Assembly: GCA_051294375.1 (NCBI GenBank)
Contig: CM119269.1
Location: 11,142,883-11,206,882, forward strand
Direction of reading: 5' to 3'
DNA: 64,000 nt
Origin: Paraspadella gotoi
Taxonomy: Eukaryota > Animalia > Chaetognatha
The position numbers and the translations under genes were made by a program. The stretch's first letter is position 1; each line of letters begins with the position of its first letter. The notes below the pieces were generated by a model. It had not been told where the DNA came from, did not search any database, and was given only the letters and a program-made list of their open reading frames with translations. Of the stretch, positions 27,801 to 59,130 are shown in pieces.

Positions 27801-28284
27801 TCTTTGTAGGTGTAATTAAAATTTACATATCAATGATACGTATAAAATAGTCTTTTTATTGGATTAGATCGCTGGGTGCCGGTCCCCTCCGCGGATGGTT
27901 GCAGAGATTCTTGGTTTAGAGGCAATGCTCTGTCCGTCTTTGCCATCCCAATCCGGTAAGTAGCTTTAAAATAGGTGGAAAAACTGTATGTATCCGATGA
28001 GTTAGCATTATTGTTAAGATACGTGTTTTTAATTACAGCGATATCGCCGAAGATCAAAGCTCGAGGATCCAACGCCTTTTCGACGCCGTCACCACAGCCT
28101 TCGCTGTCCCGGACCAAGTGAGAAATCGGCAATTCCTTTAAATAAAATGTTAACGCTAATGCATTCTAAGTTATATTTGTACAAAATTTTTAGATCACCG
28201 TCGCCGACCGGTTCGTCGACGCCTCACAGTAGCATCGAAGTTCTGGGCACCCAAAGCGATGATGACGACGACGTCATGGTATAA
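15810..28284 (+). CDS. TBC1D15: TBC1 domain family member 15/17-like Rab7 GTPase-activating protein (~873 aa, 20 exons)
   Basis: Phase-consistent GT-AG exons: 15810-15896, 15974-16097, 16944-17120, 17283-17749, 17978-18102, 18219-18272, 18334-18397, 25657-25786, 25864-26120, 26223-26344, 26474-26545, 26621-26725, 26820-26911, 26991-27092, 27166-27266, 27339-27540, 27700-27782, 27868-27955, 28039-28117, 28194-28284 (2622 nt). Motifs: WSYLVLIL..LPALHFH (N-terminal PH-like region), DFEII LIR-like, IFRGG..LRIEVWKFLLG, IEKDVNRTDR (Arg finger), GYVQGMSD (Gln finger), LYFCFRWLLIHFKREF. Confidence 0.93.
21079..23786. mobile_element. Non-autonomous TIR element (CMC/EnSpm-like CCC termini) in TBC intron 7
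   Basis: (T)CCAGCGGGGACGT ... ACGTCCCCGCTGGG with AT on both flanks. Contains decayed hammerhead remnants (CTGATGA at ~21572 + and ~23048 -) and smaller inverted repeats. Confidence 0.5.
24301..24336 (+). promoter_or_regulatory. Putative internal TSS (Inr-like TCAGTT) and short non-coding first exon
   Basis: TCAGTT at 24301, donor AAG|GTAAAC at 24337, acceptor CTTTTCAG ending 24405 ahead of ATG 24482. Confidence 0.35.
24482..25479 (+). CDS. Alternative N-terminal coding exons of the TBC1D15/17 gene (internal-promoter isoform)
   Basis: ATG 24482-24711 (donor AG|GTAATG, phase 2) joins 24852-25479 (acceptor TTTCTTCCCAG; donor GGG|GTAATT, phase 0), which joins common exon 25657 in frame. The 858 nt (286 codons) are open and GC-rich like the other exons. 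Confidence 0.7.
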
Positions 28285-29869
28285 CCCAGACTCGGGAATC
28301 GCGCGTCCGTCGTCTTCGAATCTGTTTTAGTCGACGCCAAGATATTTTCTGGTGGAGGAAATGTTTTCGTGACATCGCGCTAAAACGTTCGCATTCTGTT
28401 ATGAAATAATTTTAACACAACACGAGCTACAATATTTATTTTTTGATTTTCTTCCTCTTTCTTGATTAGTTCATGGTATCGTTGTTGTTAACATTTTAAT
28501 TTGCTTATTAATTCGATACTTGCAATTATGTTGCATCTTTTTTCTTTCATTGAACTAAAGATTTAAATTTGTGTAAGTTTTTAACATGAAAACGGGAGAA
28601 AACAAGGGTACTTTCTCGATAGTTCCCTGACTTTTTACTACCCATACCCAAAGCCTAAAAACATCAAATCGTCATTCACTTACCCTAGACTCTGCATCTT
28701 GACTCATTTCTGTAAATCCAGTCTTGTTTTTTAACCCATTTAATTAAAAAGTCATAATAAAAGCATTACTGTTTTGTTTCTTACCTGAAGTAAATTAAGT
28801 AAAATCCATCAGTTTTGTTCTTTATACTTCAGCCAAGTCCTTAATCTAGTGACTCCAGTGATTAGTTGTGAAGAGTTAAAAAGAGAAAGACCAGAAGACG
28901 ATGTAGAAATCAGCGTTAAGAAGAGCTGTCTAAATTGGATCCGAGAATGTTACTGGGGTGTTCAAAACCGCAAATTTTCTTAGTTAACAGGTTGATTTAT
29001 TAAGTCTAGTTGGTTAAAACTTTAAATTGTTTCCTTTGCCAGAGCTTAAGTTATGGAACTAGGAGTAAAAATAAAGAATCAGAACGAGTTGTGCGAACAA
29101 CGTTATTTTTTGTTTTAGCCGAGTTCCCCAAGGCCTGAAAATGATTATTTCTGCTAAGTTTTGAACTTGATAATGATAGTGGAGACTGGAGAGTTAAGAG
29201 AATTCTTAAATTGTCATCACATTTTTAAAAAATCTGCGAATAGAGGGGTTTTATGGTAACCAATGCAGGAGGCATCTCTTAATAGTTGGCGCTCAGGTCT
29301 TTGAACCTGCTATGGCGACGTCGGAAAAGGAGACAATGTTTAATGATAATATACATTTATTACAATGTAAAATGTAAGAATAATAAATAACAATGAAAGG
29401 TTTATTCGAGTAACGGTGTCTACTTATAAGGAGGAGAGCACGAGTCAGAAAGAGAGAGAGACGTCGATCATATCAAGTGACCCAACGGGGACGAAAAGGT
29501 CGGTCGAATCGTCGACCATAGTCGTCGTCGACCGTCTTCCACACTGCCACATTTAACCTGAGTTACCGTAAGGCTTACCGCGGTAAGGGGATTGCACCCG
29601 GAACTCACGGTTGGTAAGCTGTCGAAGTTAATGGGACGAGCAAAGTTTAACTATGCTATATTGGAGGTGAACTTAGGATTCACCATAGGTTCATATTTAT
29701 ATTTATCCATAATGTACTTACAATTACAATAACCATCTCAGTAACAAGACCGGTTTTCTAATATTTTTGTATTTAAACCCATAAGCAAAATAAAGGATAG
29801 ACCTACATTAATTTTCTATGAAATACCGCTTTTACCAAATAAAAAATAGTAAAAATTATTACCTAATTA

Positions 29870-29950
29870 CCCTAACCTTGAACCCTCTTAACCCTAACTA
29901 ACCTAAAACTTAACCACCCCTAAACCACCCATACCCTAACCCCTAACCCC
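29870..29950 (-). repeat. Degenerate (CCCTAA)n telomere-like tract
   Basis: Multiple CCCTAA/CCTAA/CCCTAAA units. Confidence 0.45.
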
Positions 29951-30171
29951 GGTCGGCGAAAATAAAACATCAAATTTAAATTTAAACCTATGACTCATAG
30001 TCATACATAGTATGAGTATGACTTGGGCTATGAGTAATTGAGTATGACTTGAGCTAAGCCTAAGTTAAAATCGAGTAATTTAAAAAAATGACTTTTGTTT
30101 TATGGTTCTTTCATCTTGGCCCTCTCTTGCTCGTTTTTGAAAACCACAAAATTAAATTTAGGAATAAAGAA

Positions 30172-30600
30172 CAACCAATATAAAAATTATCCATCCATTT
30201 AATAAATAAGCAATCTTGTCCCTGACTTTGGACAGGCTTTGGTGGTTTAAGGCCTCCATCACACTTGCAAGATAATAACATAGCAGGTTTCTGCAAGCTT
30301 TTAATCAAGCCTCTCTCACAGACTTGTTTATTCACTCCCAGTGAACCTGGCTTCCCTATCAATGAAGTGGTATAATATTTCAAAGAATGTTTCAATTGTA
30401 TGAAAAGACCACTCCCTTAAGTATTAGATCGGGGAATACTATTTGTACTCAGAACTAGCATCAAAATACAAGGAGCTGAATTTTATGAAATTGGTACAAC
30501 CAATATAAAAATTATCCATCCATTTAATAAATAAGCTATCTTGTCCCTGACTTTGGACAGGCTTTGGTGGTTTAATCCTCCATCACACTTGCAAGATAAT
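30172..30600. repeat. Dispersed/tandem repeat family with 325-bp period
   Basis: CAACCAATATAAAAATTATCCA recurs at 30172 and 30497; other copies at ~12791-12985, 20764-20986 and inverted at 52821-52857. Confidence 0.8.
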
Positions 30601-31184
30601 ATATATTATATAAATATATATATAATATATATTGCAAGATCGTAAATAATAAGTTTACTACTGCAATAAATTAATATTAAAAGTTTTTTGTCAACTAAAT
30701 TAAGAAATTTTTCATTCTAAAGCCTAATGTTTAATTTTCTTACCAGTTATTAATAATTAAAAACTCGCTACTAAAAAAAAGCCGCAATATGGAACATAAA
30801 AATATAATTATGCAGAAATCTCTGCTTTGAAAAAAAACATATTTGTGGCGGTGTTTCAGCTTTGTCTTAAAAATCACCTTTCATAGAAAGAATTTTGTTC
30901 TTACATATCTAATAATATTCAAATTGGTTATATAATATGAAATTGGTAAAGCATATAATAGAATTATATACGTGCAAATTCTTCGTCAAAACCAGCCCCC
31001 CCAATTTTTAACGGAAATCCGATCTGGATTCTCCTGGTCCTAAAAGGCCTCCTTTCCCGAGTTCAATGACAGATTTCCCCCCCTCTAGTACCCCCGGGGG
31101 GAGTCGAATTAACGCCCCCCGGGGTTGTGACGAGGGGACGCGAAGTTGTGACTCCCTGTCCTCTGAACGGTGAGACAATGAACT

Positions 31185-31222
<38 letters not shown>

Positions 31223-31874
31223 AGTCGATGATTAAAATTGAATCGGAATCTTTTTTCGCCGTAAAATTCCTCGGTTTCGACGGAGAGAATTATTCGAAGT
31301 TGGTGGTCGAAATCATGGAGGGCCCGAGGCTGAGAAAAGATGTTCAGAGGTTTAGAATTAAAATATTCCCACAATCATAATTAGGTCACAAGAATACATT
31401 CTTTTATTCTCGTGAAAAAAATAATATTTATATACATTCTTATTCAAATTAAAAAACTTAACTAATTCAAATTTTATACATTTTATTTACTTCTCTCCTG
31501 TAAAAGTTAATCAACAAGTAAACAAAACGTAATTTTTGCAGTATTTTTTTATTACATGTTGACCATACAAATGAGTACGAATGCATGAAAATTGTGGATG
31601 AAATAGCAACGAATCCATGTCAAGTTCATATATAATATGGTAGTATCTATTTCTCGATGATAATCGTTATAAATATAATCATCAATAACCATTTTTTTGT
31701 TTCCTTTAATGAAATATTTTAGCGAATACTTCATTGGCCATTGCCCATCCGAAAAACCATCCGAAAAGCCATTCGGGTCGGAACCGGCCACCGTGGAGAA
31801 AATCTAGCGTAGAAATTGATTTCAAAGCGCATTGTGTTTTTAGCTTTCTCTCGCCCAACTGCAATATTGACCGA

Positions 31875-31931
<57 letters not shown>

Positions 31932-32189
31932 CTCTCTCTCTCTCTCTCTCACTCTTTCTCAGTGCGATTCACTTTCTCGCAAGGTTTTATCGAATTTGGT
32001 TTTTATAATTTTCTTTACAAACTTATTAAACAATCTGAATTTGTATAAATCTATCTTATTGATAATAATATTTTAAATTTATTTTATTTATAATAAGTAT
32101 TTTATTTTTTTAATAAAGCCCTTCAATATTTTTCTATAAAAATCCTATTTCATCTTGAATTTAAATTAAGCTTAAGTTAATGATTATGT

Positions 32190-32390
32190 TAAATGTTAGG
32201 GTTATGAATTAAGTAAAGCATTAGGTTAGTGATAAAGGTTAGGGAACAGGTGAGCGATTAAAGATTGTGGTTATGGATTAGGGTTTGAAGTTGAGGGTTA
32301 GGGTCAGAAATTAATGATAAGGGGTTAGGGTTAAGGTTTATGATTAGGTTAGGGTCTGGGATTATGGTTAAGAATTAAGGTTAGAGCTTA
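32190..32390 (+). repeat. Degenerate (TTAGGG)n telomere-like tract
   Basis: Repeated TTAGGG/TTAGG/TTAAGG units. Confidence 0.5.
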
Positions 32391-33978
32391 GATTATGTAT
32401 CATGGTTAAATTTGATTTTGATAAAAGAACAGAAATGGTGGTGCTCGGGCAAATGAGAGCCCATTTTACATGTAATGGTTCTGCCACTTTTTTGTTGCTT
32501 CCCAAACATCTTCCATTCTACTTCATTTTTTGTTTCATTTGAAGTTTGAAGAAATGCCGGTGATTTTGCGGATTTGTCATCCTGGTGCTATTTTTGGGAT
32601 GCAGAACTACCGGGAGTCACGACCTCTCTTTTTTTTAATTTTACTTTCTTTCTTTCTTTTTTTCTTTCTTTTCTTCTTTCTTTCTTTTTAATGTCTTACT
32701 TTCTTTCCTTTTTTTACTTAAATATTTTTAATTGTATTTTCATTTAAAAAATCATCGAAAATTAAAGGAGACACTTTCAGTTTCTAAGAATTAAGATGTT
32801 AAGATCAAAAATTTTTATTAGAAACGCCATTTTTTTGCCTGTCGTTAGTCGTTGCTCTAAATTACCTTTGACTAATTCAAAATAAATATTTATTTACTTC
32901 GTAATCGTAGACTTCTCGTCGACGTCACTTCTTTTTAAATAATTCCCGTCATCGTCCTTAGATCGATATCATAAACCGCCATGTCACCGTCCGGAAACGT
33001 CTTCGAGAAAAACTCCTCATAAGCAGCGCCCTGGGTAAGGGTTCTTCTCCCGGCCCTCACCCGACGCGCCGCCCTTCAACCATCAGCGATTGGTAAACAA
33101 TGAGATCGATGGATCCCGGGGATCGAACCAGCGAATTCCCCTTCGACGGTATCGAATTTGAGTACTTCGCTTCTGCCCGGCGCCCTTTCGTCTCGGCGGC
33201 AATCGTCGTCGTCGTCGTCGTCGTCGTCGTCTTACTCCCGACGGCGGAGTCGGCGTCGGCGACTTTGGATCTTTTCTCCTAAGAATCCATCTCGTCGCAC
33301 GGCGGCAACGCGATCCTCCTCCTCTTCCTCTTCTTCCTCCTCCTCCTTCGCCTCGACTCTTTTTCCTCTCCTTCATCTTCCTCAAAAAAAAAAACCAAAA
33401 GTCGCATCGAGAGCCAAATCATCCTTCGAGCGGAGTCGCCCCCCTCTCTCTCTCTCTCTTTCTAAAAACTCTGCGTCTCCTCTTCGCAGCCTTCATCTTC
33501 GTCATCGTCATCGTCGTCGATTTCATTGACGTATCATCGTCGTCGTCATCGTCGTCTTCGTGTCGTTCACGATTCACCGACTTCGCCATCGACCTTTCCT
33601 TTCCCCCTCCCCTTCAAAACCAAAACGAAAAAAATAATCACAAAAGAAATACTTTCAAGTTCGCGTCTCAACCCTTTATATCCTTACCTTTTCTCTCGCG
33701 CGACGAGGTTTCGTTGTTTATTTTCCGCAAAGGGGATTCACTATTGAGGCTTCTCATCGATACTTCATTTTTTTTCATCCTCGCTTCTCTTCGATTCCTT
33801 CGGACGGATTAACTAAAAGTATATGTAAACAAAAACAGAAAACAAACAAAACTGTGATTCCCGCCTCATCCTTTCAGCGCCGGACACTTAGCGCCAATCG
33901 CCTCGGAATTTTAAATTGTGTTTCCGGTTCTCGTACCGAAACCCCCCCTCGGATTATTTATTAAACTTCACTCCCTGT

Positions 33979-53459
<19,481 letters not shown>

Positions 53460-54808
53460 GTTCGAGAATAAATTAATGGAAAAAAAATCTCTCTCGAAAG
53501 TAAACAAACAAACGAAGTTTAAAAAAAACTACGAAGGGTTGGAAAATCAGTACGAAACTTCTTCGGATGTTCGTTGACATTACGATGGCTAAATTACTCA
53601 GTGTTTTAATAAAATCCCATCTCTTTCAAGAAATTGTTAAACCGATTTTTTTTAATTTTCCTCGTGTATTTGTTTAATTTGAAGGTTTTTAAATATCAGG
53701 TTGACGCCGATAATATGATAAGTTTTTTTGTAAATTTTAGAAATTTGGCTTATTTTTATCGCAGAAAGTCAAGTGAGCACCAATTTTAATTCAAGCTCTA
53801 GTTAGTTACGATATAGCTTTGCCTTAATCTATTCCTTAAAAAAAAAAACTTTGTGTTTTGCACTCTCTGAGGCCAATATATGCATTTTTTAAAATTTTTT
53901 TTTACGTCACAGCCGAAAAAAAATATTCAATTGTTTTAAATGAATTGTTCACTCATTTTTTTTCTCTCTGGCGATTATCGCTTGACTGGCCCAAAGGCTA
54001 AACCACATGTTTCATTGGTTCATGTAAATAAGCGTTGTTGTACTCGTTTCCCATTGTTACTCGATTCGATTTCATAATTATTTTTCCCAGCGTTTAAATC
54101 CCCTCGATTATAATTAACTTTGTCACATTCGTTACTCAACGATTGCGCGATTCCTATCGTCTGTACACAAATCTTCCACTTCTCATTTGAAAATTATACT
54201 TACTATTATAATTACTCGTGATCGGTCGCCAGTTTGTTTATCCCGTAGACTTCGTTATTCAAAATGGATTTCACTTCTTTTCTTACTAAAGATATTTTGT
54301 TTTTTACAAATTTCATTTTGACCCAGTGAACAATGAGATCTTGCCCCGTTATCCGTCACATTGCATATTTAACTCATGAATATAATTAAAAGTGAAACAT
54401 CTTGTCCCTGATATTCTTGTTTTCTTTCTTACTTTTTATTTAGATCAAAAAGAGTTAGACTGGTAGTTGAAAGTGCAGATCTTAAAGTCAGATTCCGCGA
54501 AAAGGAAAACATAACAAAACATTAATTTAAAAATGTTTTGTTTTTGATGCAACAAAATTGAAGCTGTCCCCATTAACTTCTTTCTATCTTTTGCTTTAAG
54601 TTTAGCAAAAAGAGCTCGGCGTCGAGTGAAGCAGATTGTCTCCATAAAATATAGGTTTTTCTTTTTATCAATTTATGCTTTATCCTTTTTTTCTTTCTTT
54701 CTTTCTTTCTTTCTTTTCATTTTCTTTTTCTTTTTTTTCTGTTCTTTTCTCTTTCTTTTCTTTCTTTTCTTTTCTTTTCTTTTTTCTGTTCCTTTCCTTC
54801 CTTCCTTC

Positions 54809-54856
<48 letters not shown>

Positions 54857-55567
54857 TTTCTTTCTTCTTTCTTTCTTCTTTCTTTCTTCTTTCCTTGCCT
54901 TTCATTTTTTCTTCTTTCTTTCCTTGCCTTTCCTTGCCTTTCATTTTTTCTTTCTTTCTTTCTTTCATTCTTTTTTTCTATTTTTCTTTGTATCTTTCTT
55001 TTTTTCTCCCTGCCTCCCCGAACGTGTGGAAGCATCTCATTTATCTACCTTTCATTTTTCCCTTTAGTGTTTCGATTCCATTATAAGGCGAGAGGCGAGG
55101 AAAGGGGAATGACGAGGAGGAAAAAAGGGAACGAGAATTAAAGCGGTAAAAATTATCAAGAAAAGGTCATAAGGAAGATGTTTACTTTTAAATTTATTTT
55201 ATTTTTTTATATTGAAATATGCTAGCATTACACTTTGGTTTTATACTGAAATCCCTGTCTACTTACCTAAAAAATGATCTTTTTTTAATTAGATAAAATA
55301 GTCAGATTTTACGTTTTATCTATTTATTAATATCAGTTTTTCTTCTTCCACCTTTCATTATCTATTTTCTGTCAACCTCCGCCTTTTTCCTTTTTCCTTT
55401 CCCTTCTTTCTGTTTTTCCCTTCCTCCTTCGCCCCTTCCTCCCTTTTCCGGCTCCCAACCCATTTCCTCTTGGATACGCTCTTCAGGCATTTACTAAATG
55501 GATTGGCAAATACCTGCCACCGCTTCCAAGCCTTTGACAGAAAAGGTGTCCGCTTGAGAAGGAAAAA

Positions 55568-55619
<52 letters not shown>

Positions 55620-56002
55620 CTCTCTTCCCACTGTCTCTGTGACCTTTCTTATATCAAATAATGAACTCAACTATCTATGTACACAATCTTCATGCCATAT
55701 CAACTCCCTATAGTTTTTTGCTTTTGTCGATAAAAAGAAACAGTTGGCGGCAAAAGTTGTAAAGTCGATAACTTTTCTTAAAATGTACTTATGGATGAAA
55801 TAATGAAGGAAAGTTTATTTTCCTTCCTTTTTTTTTTTGAATTCTTTAAAATTTATTAGTTCTTTCTTTTCTGCCTTTCTCTTCCTTCCTTTCCTTTATT
55901 CCCATTGAAGGCTTTCATTGATTGCGTTGGAGGGCGGTTTCCAGGCGCGTGCCTCCATGAAAAGACGATGAAGGGGGAGAGATGTATTTAGGGGAGGGAG
56001 AG

Positions 56003-56069
<67 letters not shown>

Positions 56070-57692
56070 AAGCAAAAGGGTGTTAGGAGTGTGAAAGCCA
56101 AAGAGTTTACGTTTATTTTACGTTGCGAACAAAAGTTTTAAAAAATTCCTATGGCTTATATAATTTATTCAACAGTAAAAAGGTATAATATTCTTGTTCG
56201 TCTCAGTTCATTTCATCACTTGATCACCGCAACAACATTGTGTCAAGGAAAAACCCAAACGAATCCAACTCACCGCCCTCTGTGGGCAAACAGATTCACC
56301 CCATCACACTCTCACCCTTTTTTTTTCTGAGAAACGGGAACGGAAAAAAAGGAGAAGCGTGTTTCCATGGAAACCAGATGCAAAGTTCGTCACGTGACGA
56401 TTCATAATCGTGATATTGCAAATGGGGGAGGATGACCCGCTCACGCTCTGTTGATACAGAGACGTGACTGGAAAGAAAGGAAGAAGGAAAAGGAGACGAA
56501 GTAAAAGACGAAGACGCGGGGAAAACGGGGAGGAAGATAAGAGAGGAAGTGGGGATCAAGTGTTCCCCTTTCCCTTTTATTCGAGATGTCACTCCCTTAT
56601 ATTATTTTTTTATCGTTTATATGTAAACTGCTCAAAAGTTATAGTTTAAGACCTTAACAAAATATGAAAAAATAGTGATATAATTTGTAAAGTTAAGGTT
56701 GGAAAATCTTCGGAGGTAACCTTGCTATGAATATAACAGGAGGCGACTATGCGACTAAATTGAGAAAAAAATAATGATTAAATTAACCTTTGCATGCAAT
56801 ATTTTTTTCTTTTTCCTATCTTATTTGTTAAAAGCTACTTTTTGGCGGCCAAACTTCCAAAAACTAATACCGCTAATAAGGAGATGTTTACTAATTAGAA
56901 CACATTGAAAAGTGATTAAAAAGAAATCTCAGGAAGGTTCTGCCTTTAATCTTGACCTTAAGTTGAGATAGTTTAACACGTACCTTGATCGTTACCGCTT
57001 ACGGGTTCAATGGCCTCGAGTTCTCGCAAGGCGTCTTAAATCGCATTAAGGCGTTATCATCGATAAAAAAATATTTTAACCGATCAATTAATTTGGCAAG
57101 ACTAACGGTTAATTTTGAAATTTGCCAATATCAGTTTTTGTTGCCCAAAAATATTCGAATATTGTAGCTCTTCCTGACCTATTTCTTTTTTTTTTATTTT
57201 GACAATTGGTCTCTAATAGGTTAAAAAATCAGTCATTGGCATTGGACATCATTATCTTTATATAAATTAATCTGTGTTTTAAAAATTTGCGCGATTCCTG
57301 TTGATAATTTTTTCACCACCAAATATTGGAAAGTGTAAAAAAAAAAAGGAAAACATAATTAAAATTGTTAAAAATTGAATTTTACTTCCAAATCTTTAAT
57401 TTTTAAAATATAAGGATTACAGTTATTCACAGTCACAAATCCTAAAAATCCAAAAATAGCTATAACAGCGCCACCCAGAATGGTAGATAGGGTAGAACAA
57501 AAAATTTCTAAGACCATACATAATAAGTACGATATATATAAAACCATATTTATGGCCAATTAATTGTAAAGGTTAGGATGGGGCTTTACTTATAGTTATA
57601 CTGTAAGTTAAGGGGGCATGCCAAAAAAATCATAAAAAGGCCAGTCTTTTTTTCACACGCCACTGGGCAATACAAGATAAAAAATTAAACAT

Positions 57693-57935
57693 TGTAGTGG
57701 TAGTATTTCATACCCCACTACCTCGTCCGAGAATCAGCACAGCACCTATGGCGCCCAAGGTAGCACGAGCTCCTCCCAACCCAAAGGACTCGGGTTCGCG
57801 CCCTGCTGATTCACACAAGTAAAAGCGGGACAGGGCGTCTAACCTACATGTAGTGTCGGACTACAGCCCGATCCGAATTTCGGGACCTTGTGTGCCAACG
57901 GACGGTAAACTGCTCGCGGGCGATTCTCTTCCACA
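57693..57935 (+). mobile_element. Solo LTR, family B (tRNA-like module + twister)
   Basis: TGTAGTGG...CTTCCACA (TG..CA, 243 bp). It is absent from the duplicate flank at ~58930 (ACAT|GTTAAAAAGC), which fixes its boundaries. TSD imperfect. Confidence 0.7.
57812..57894 (+). ncRNA. Twister ribozyme-like fold (type P5), family B
   Basis: P5 CACACAAG/CTTGTGTG; GG GACAG GGCGTC TAA CC; P3 TGTAGT/ACTACA; P4 CCCGA/TCGGG with loop TCCGAATT. One mismatch each in T1 and T2. Confidence 0.55.
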
Positions 57936-58242
57936 AAATCGTTAAAAAGCCTTTTAAGAAAAACAATATTCTTTAAATGTCCATAAGAATTTTTTTGAAA
58001 TAAGCAAAGATATGACTGTCTTAATTTTAAAATGAATGGAAATGAAACATTTTCATCCCAAAAAATTTATTTTGCTTTATTTCTTTCAGCCTCATTATCG
58101 ATTGAAGTAAAAAGGAATTCAATGCAGCTGAAGAGACAGTAATTATTGTTATGTGTTAGTGACAGAACCGTTCAATATAAGCAGTCCCTGAGCTTCGGAT
58201 CGGGCTGTAACGCCGTGTTACAGGCGGGTTAAGCGCCCCAAG

Positions 58243-58314
58243 GCGACCACCGGGCTAGAACCCCGGACCTTTGGGTTGGGAGGCGAATGATTTGCCTCCG
58301 GCACCAATGGCCGC
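58243..58314 (-). other. tRNA-derived Pol III promoter-like module inside the LTR (also ~59258-59329)
   Basis: Acceptor-like GCGGCCA/TGGTCGC, A-box-like TGGTGCCGGAGG, T-arm CCGGG-GTTCTAG-CCCGG. The anticodon stem does not pair, so this is not a functional tRNA. Confidence 0.6.
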
Positions 58315-58579
58315 TGATGAACGGTTGGTGGATTTTAATCCACCATACATCCCCCCCACCCGTAGGGAGAAGTCTGTTGCGTCTCTTCAGTGAATTGTTG
58401 GTGGAAAGTTCGTCACCAAGTTGAGGCATGTCGCCTGATGTGTTGTTGGCGGAAAGTGCATCGCCAGGTTAAGGCATGTCGCCTGCAAGTGTGGTTATTG
58501 CTGTTGTGTTCGGAAGTCGGGCTCACCAATGAAGAGATAGTAATTATTGTTGTGTTAGTGACAAAACCGTTCAATATAA

Positions 58580-58653
58580 GCAGTCCCTGAGCTTCAGATC
58601 AGGCTGTAATACCATATTACAGGAGGGTTAAGCGCCCCTTCCCTATTAACTGC
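58580..58653 (-). ncRNA. Twister ribozyme-like fold (type P5), partly decayed
   Basis: GCAGTT AATA GG GAAGG GGCGCT TAA CCC TC CTGTAATA/TATTACAG CCTGA TCTGAAGC TCAGG GACTGC. Confidence 0.5.
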
Positions 58654-58670
58654 AAGGCAACCACCGGGCT

Positions 58671-58680
58671 NNNNNNNNNN
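58671..58680. other. Assembly gap with duplicated flank (57434-58349 vs 58681-59364)
   Basis: 10 N; the sequence after the gap repeats the sequence from 57434. Confidence 0.9.
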
Positions 58681-59130
58681 CACAAATCCTAAAAATCCAA
58701 AAATAGCTATAACAGCGCCACCCAGAAGGGTAGATAGGGTAGAAAAAAAATTCTAAGACCATACATAATAAGTACGTATATATAAAACCATATTTATGGC
58801 CAATTAATTGTAAAGGTTAGGATGGGCTTTACTTATAGTTATACTGTAAGTTAAAGGGGGCATGCCAAAAAATCATAAAAAGGCCCGCCTTTTTTTCACA
58901 CGCCACTGGCAATACAAGATAAAAAATTAAACATGTTAAAAAGCTTTTTAAGAAAAACAATATTCTTTAAATGTCCATAAGAATTTTCTTAAAATAAAAT
59001 AATAAGCAAAGATATGACTGTCTTAAATTTAAAATGAATGGAAATGAAACATTTTTATCCCAAAAAATTTATTTTGCTTTATTTCTTTCAGTCTCATTAT
59101 CGATTAAAGTAAAAAGGAACTCAATGCAGC

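Larger units (their letters stand above)
58129..58670 (-). mobile_element. TRIM/retrozyme-like LTR element, family A (5' LTR runs into assembly gap)
   Basis: 3' LTR 58349-58129 (TGTATGG...CTCTTCA), PPT GGGTGGGGGGGA 58361-58350, PBS TGGTGAGCCCGAC 58528-58516, 5' LTR from the gap to 58530. LTR-to-LTR period 401 bp. Confidence 0.75.

Noticed and set aside
28600-28860. Possible decayed LINE endonuclease start (TFNxNGLKNK-like) on the minus strand
   Set aside because: Needs a frameshift and is riddled with stops; too little signal.
29311-29551. Possible solo LTR (TATGGC...GCCACA)
   Set aside because: Single copy, imperfect 5' end and no TSD; cannot be supported from this window.
33083-33747. Overlapping short ORFs upstream of Brachyury
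   Set aside because: Simple-repeat-driven (GTC/TCC) frames with no splice link to the CDS; more likely promoter or 5' UTR.
54626-55141. Phe/Ser/Leu- and Lys/Glu/Arg-rich ORFs
   Set aside because: Translations of (CTTT)n; the same applies to the many SLSL/ERER ORFs from (CT)n.
58181-58240. Twister in the 3' LTR at 58.2 kb as an active ribozyme
   Set aside because: A ~15-nt deletion removes the 5' P5 strand and the catalytic GAC segment.
58243-58314. Functional tRNA-Gly(CCC) gene
   Set aside because: The anticodon stem cannot pair and the D-arm is remodelled; it is an LTR-embedded derivative.
58314-58345. CTGATGA as a hammerhead core on the + strand (also ~59329)
   Set aside because: No GAAA or NUH follows; it is the antisense of the junction before the tRNA-like module.
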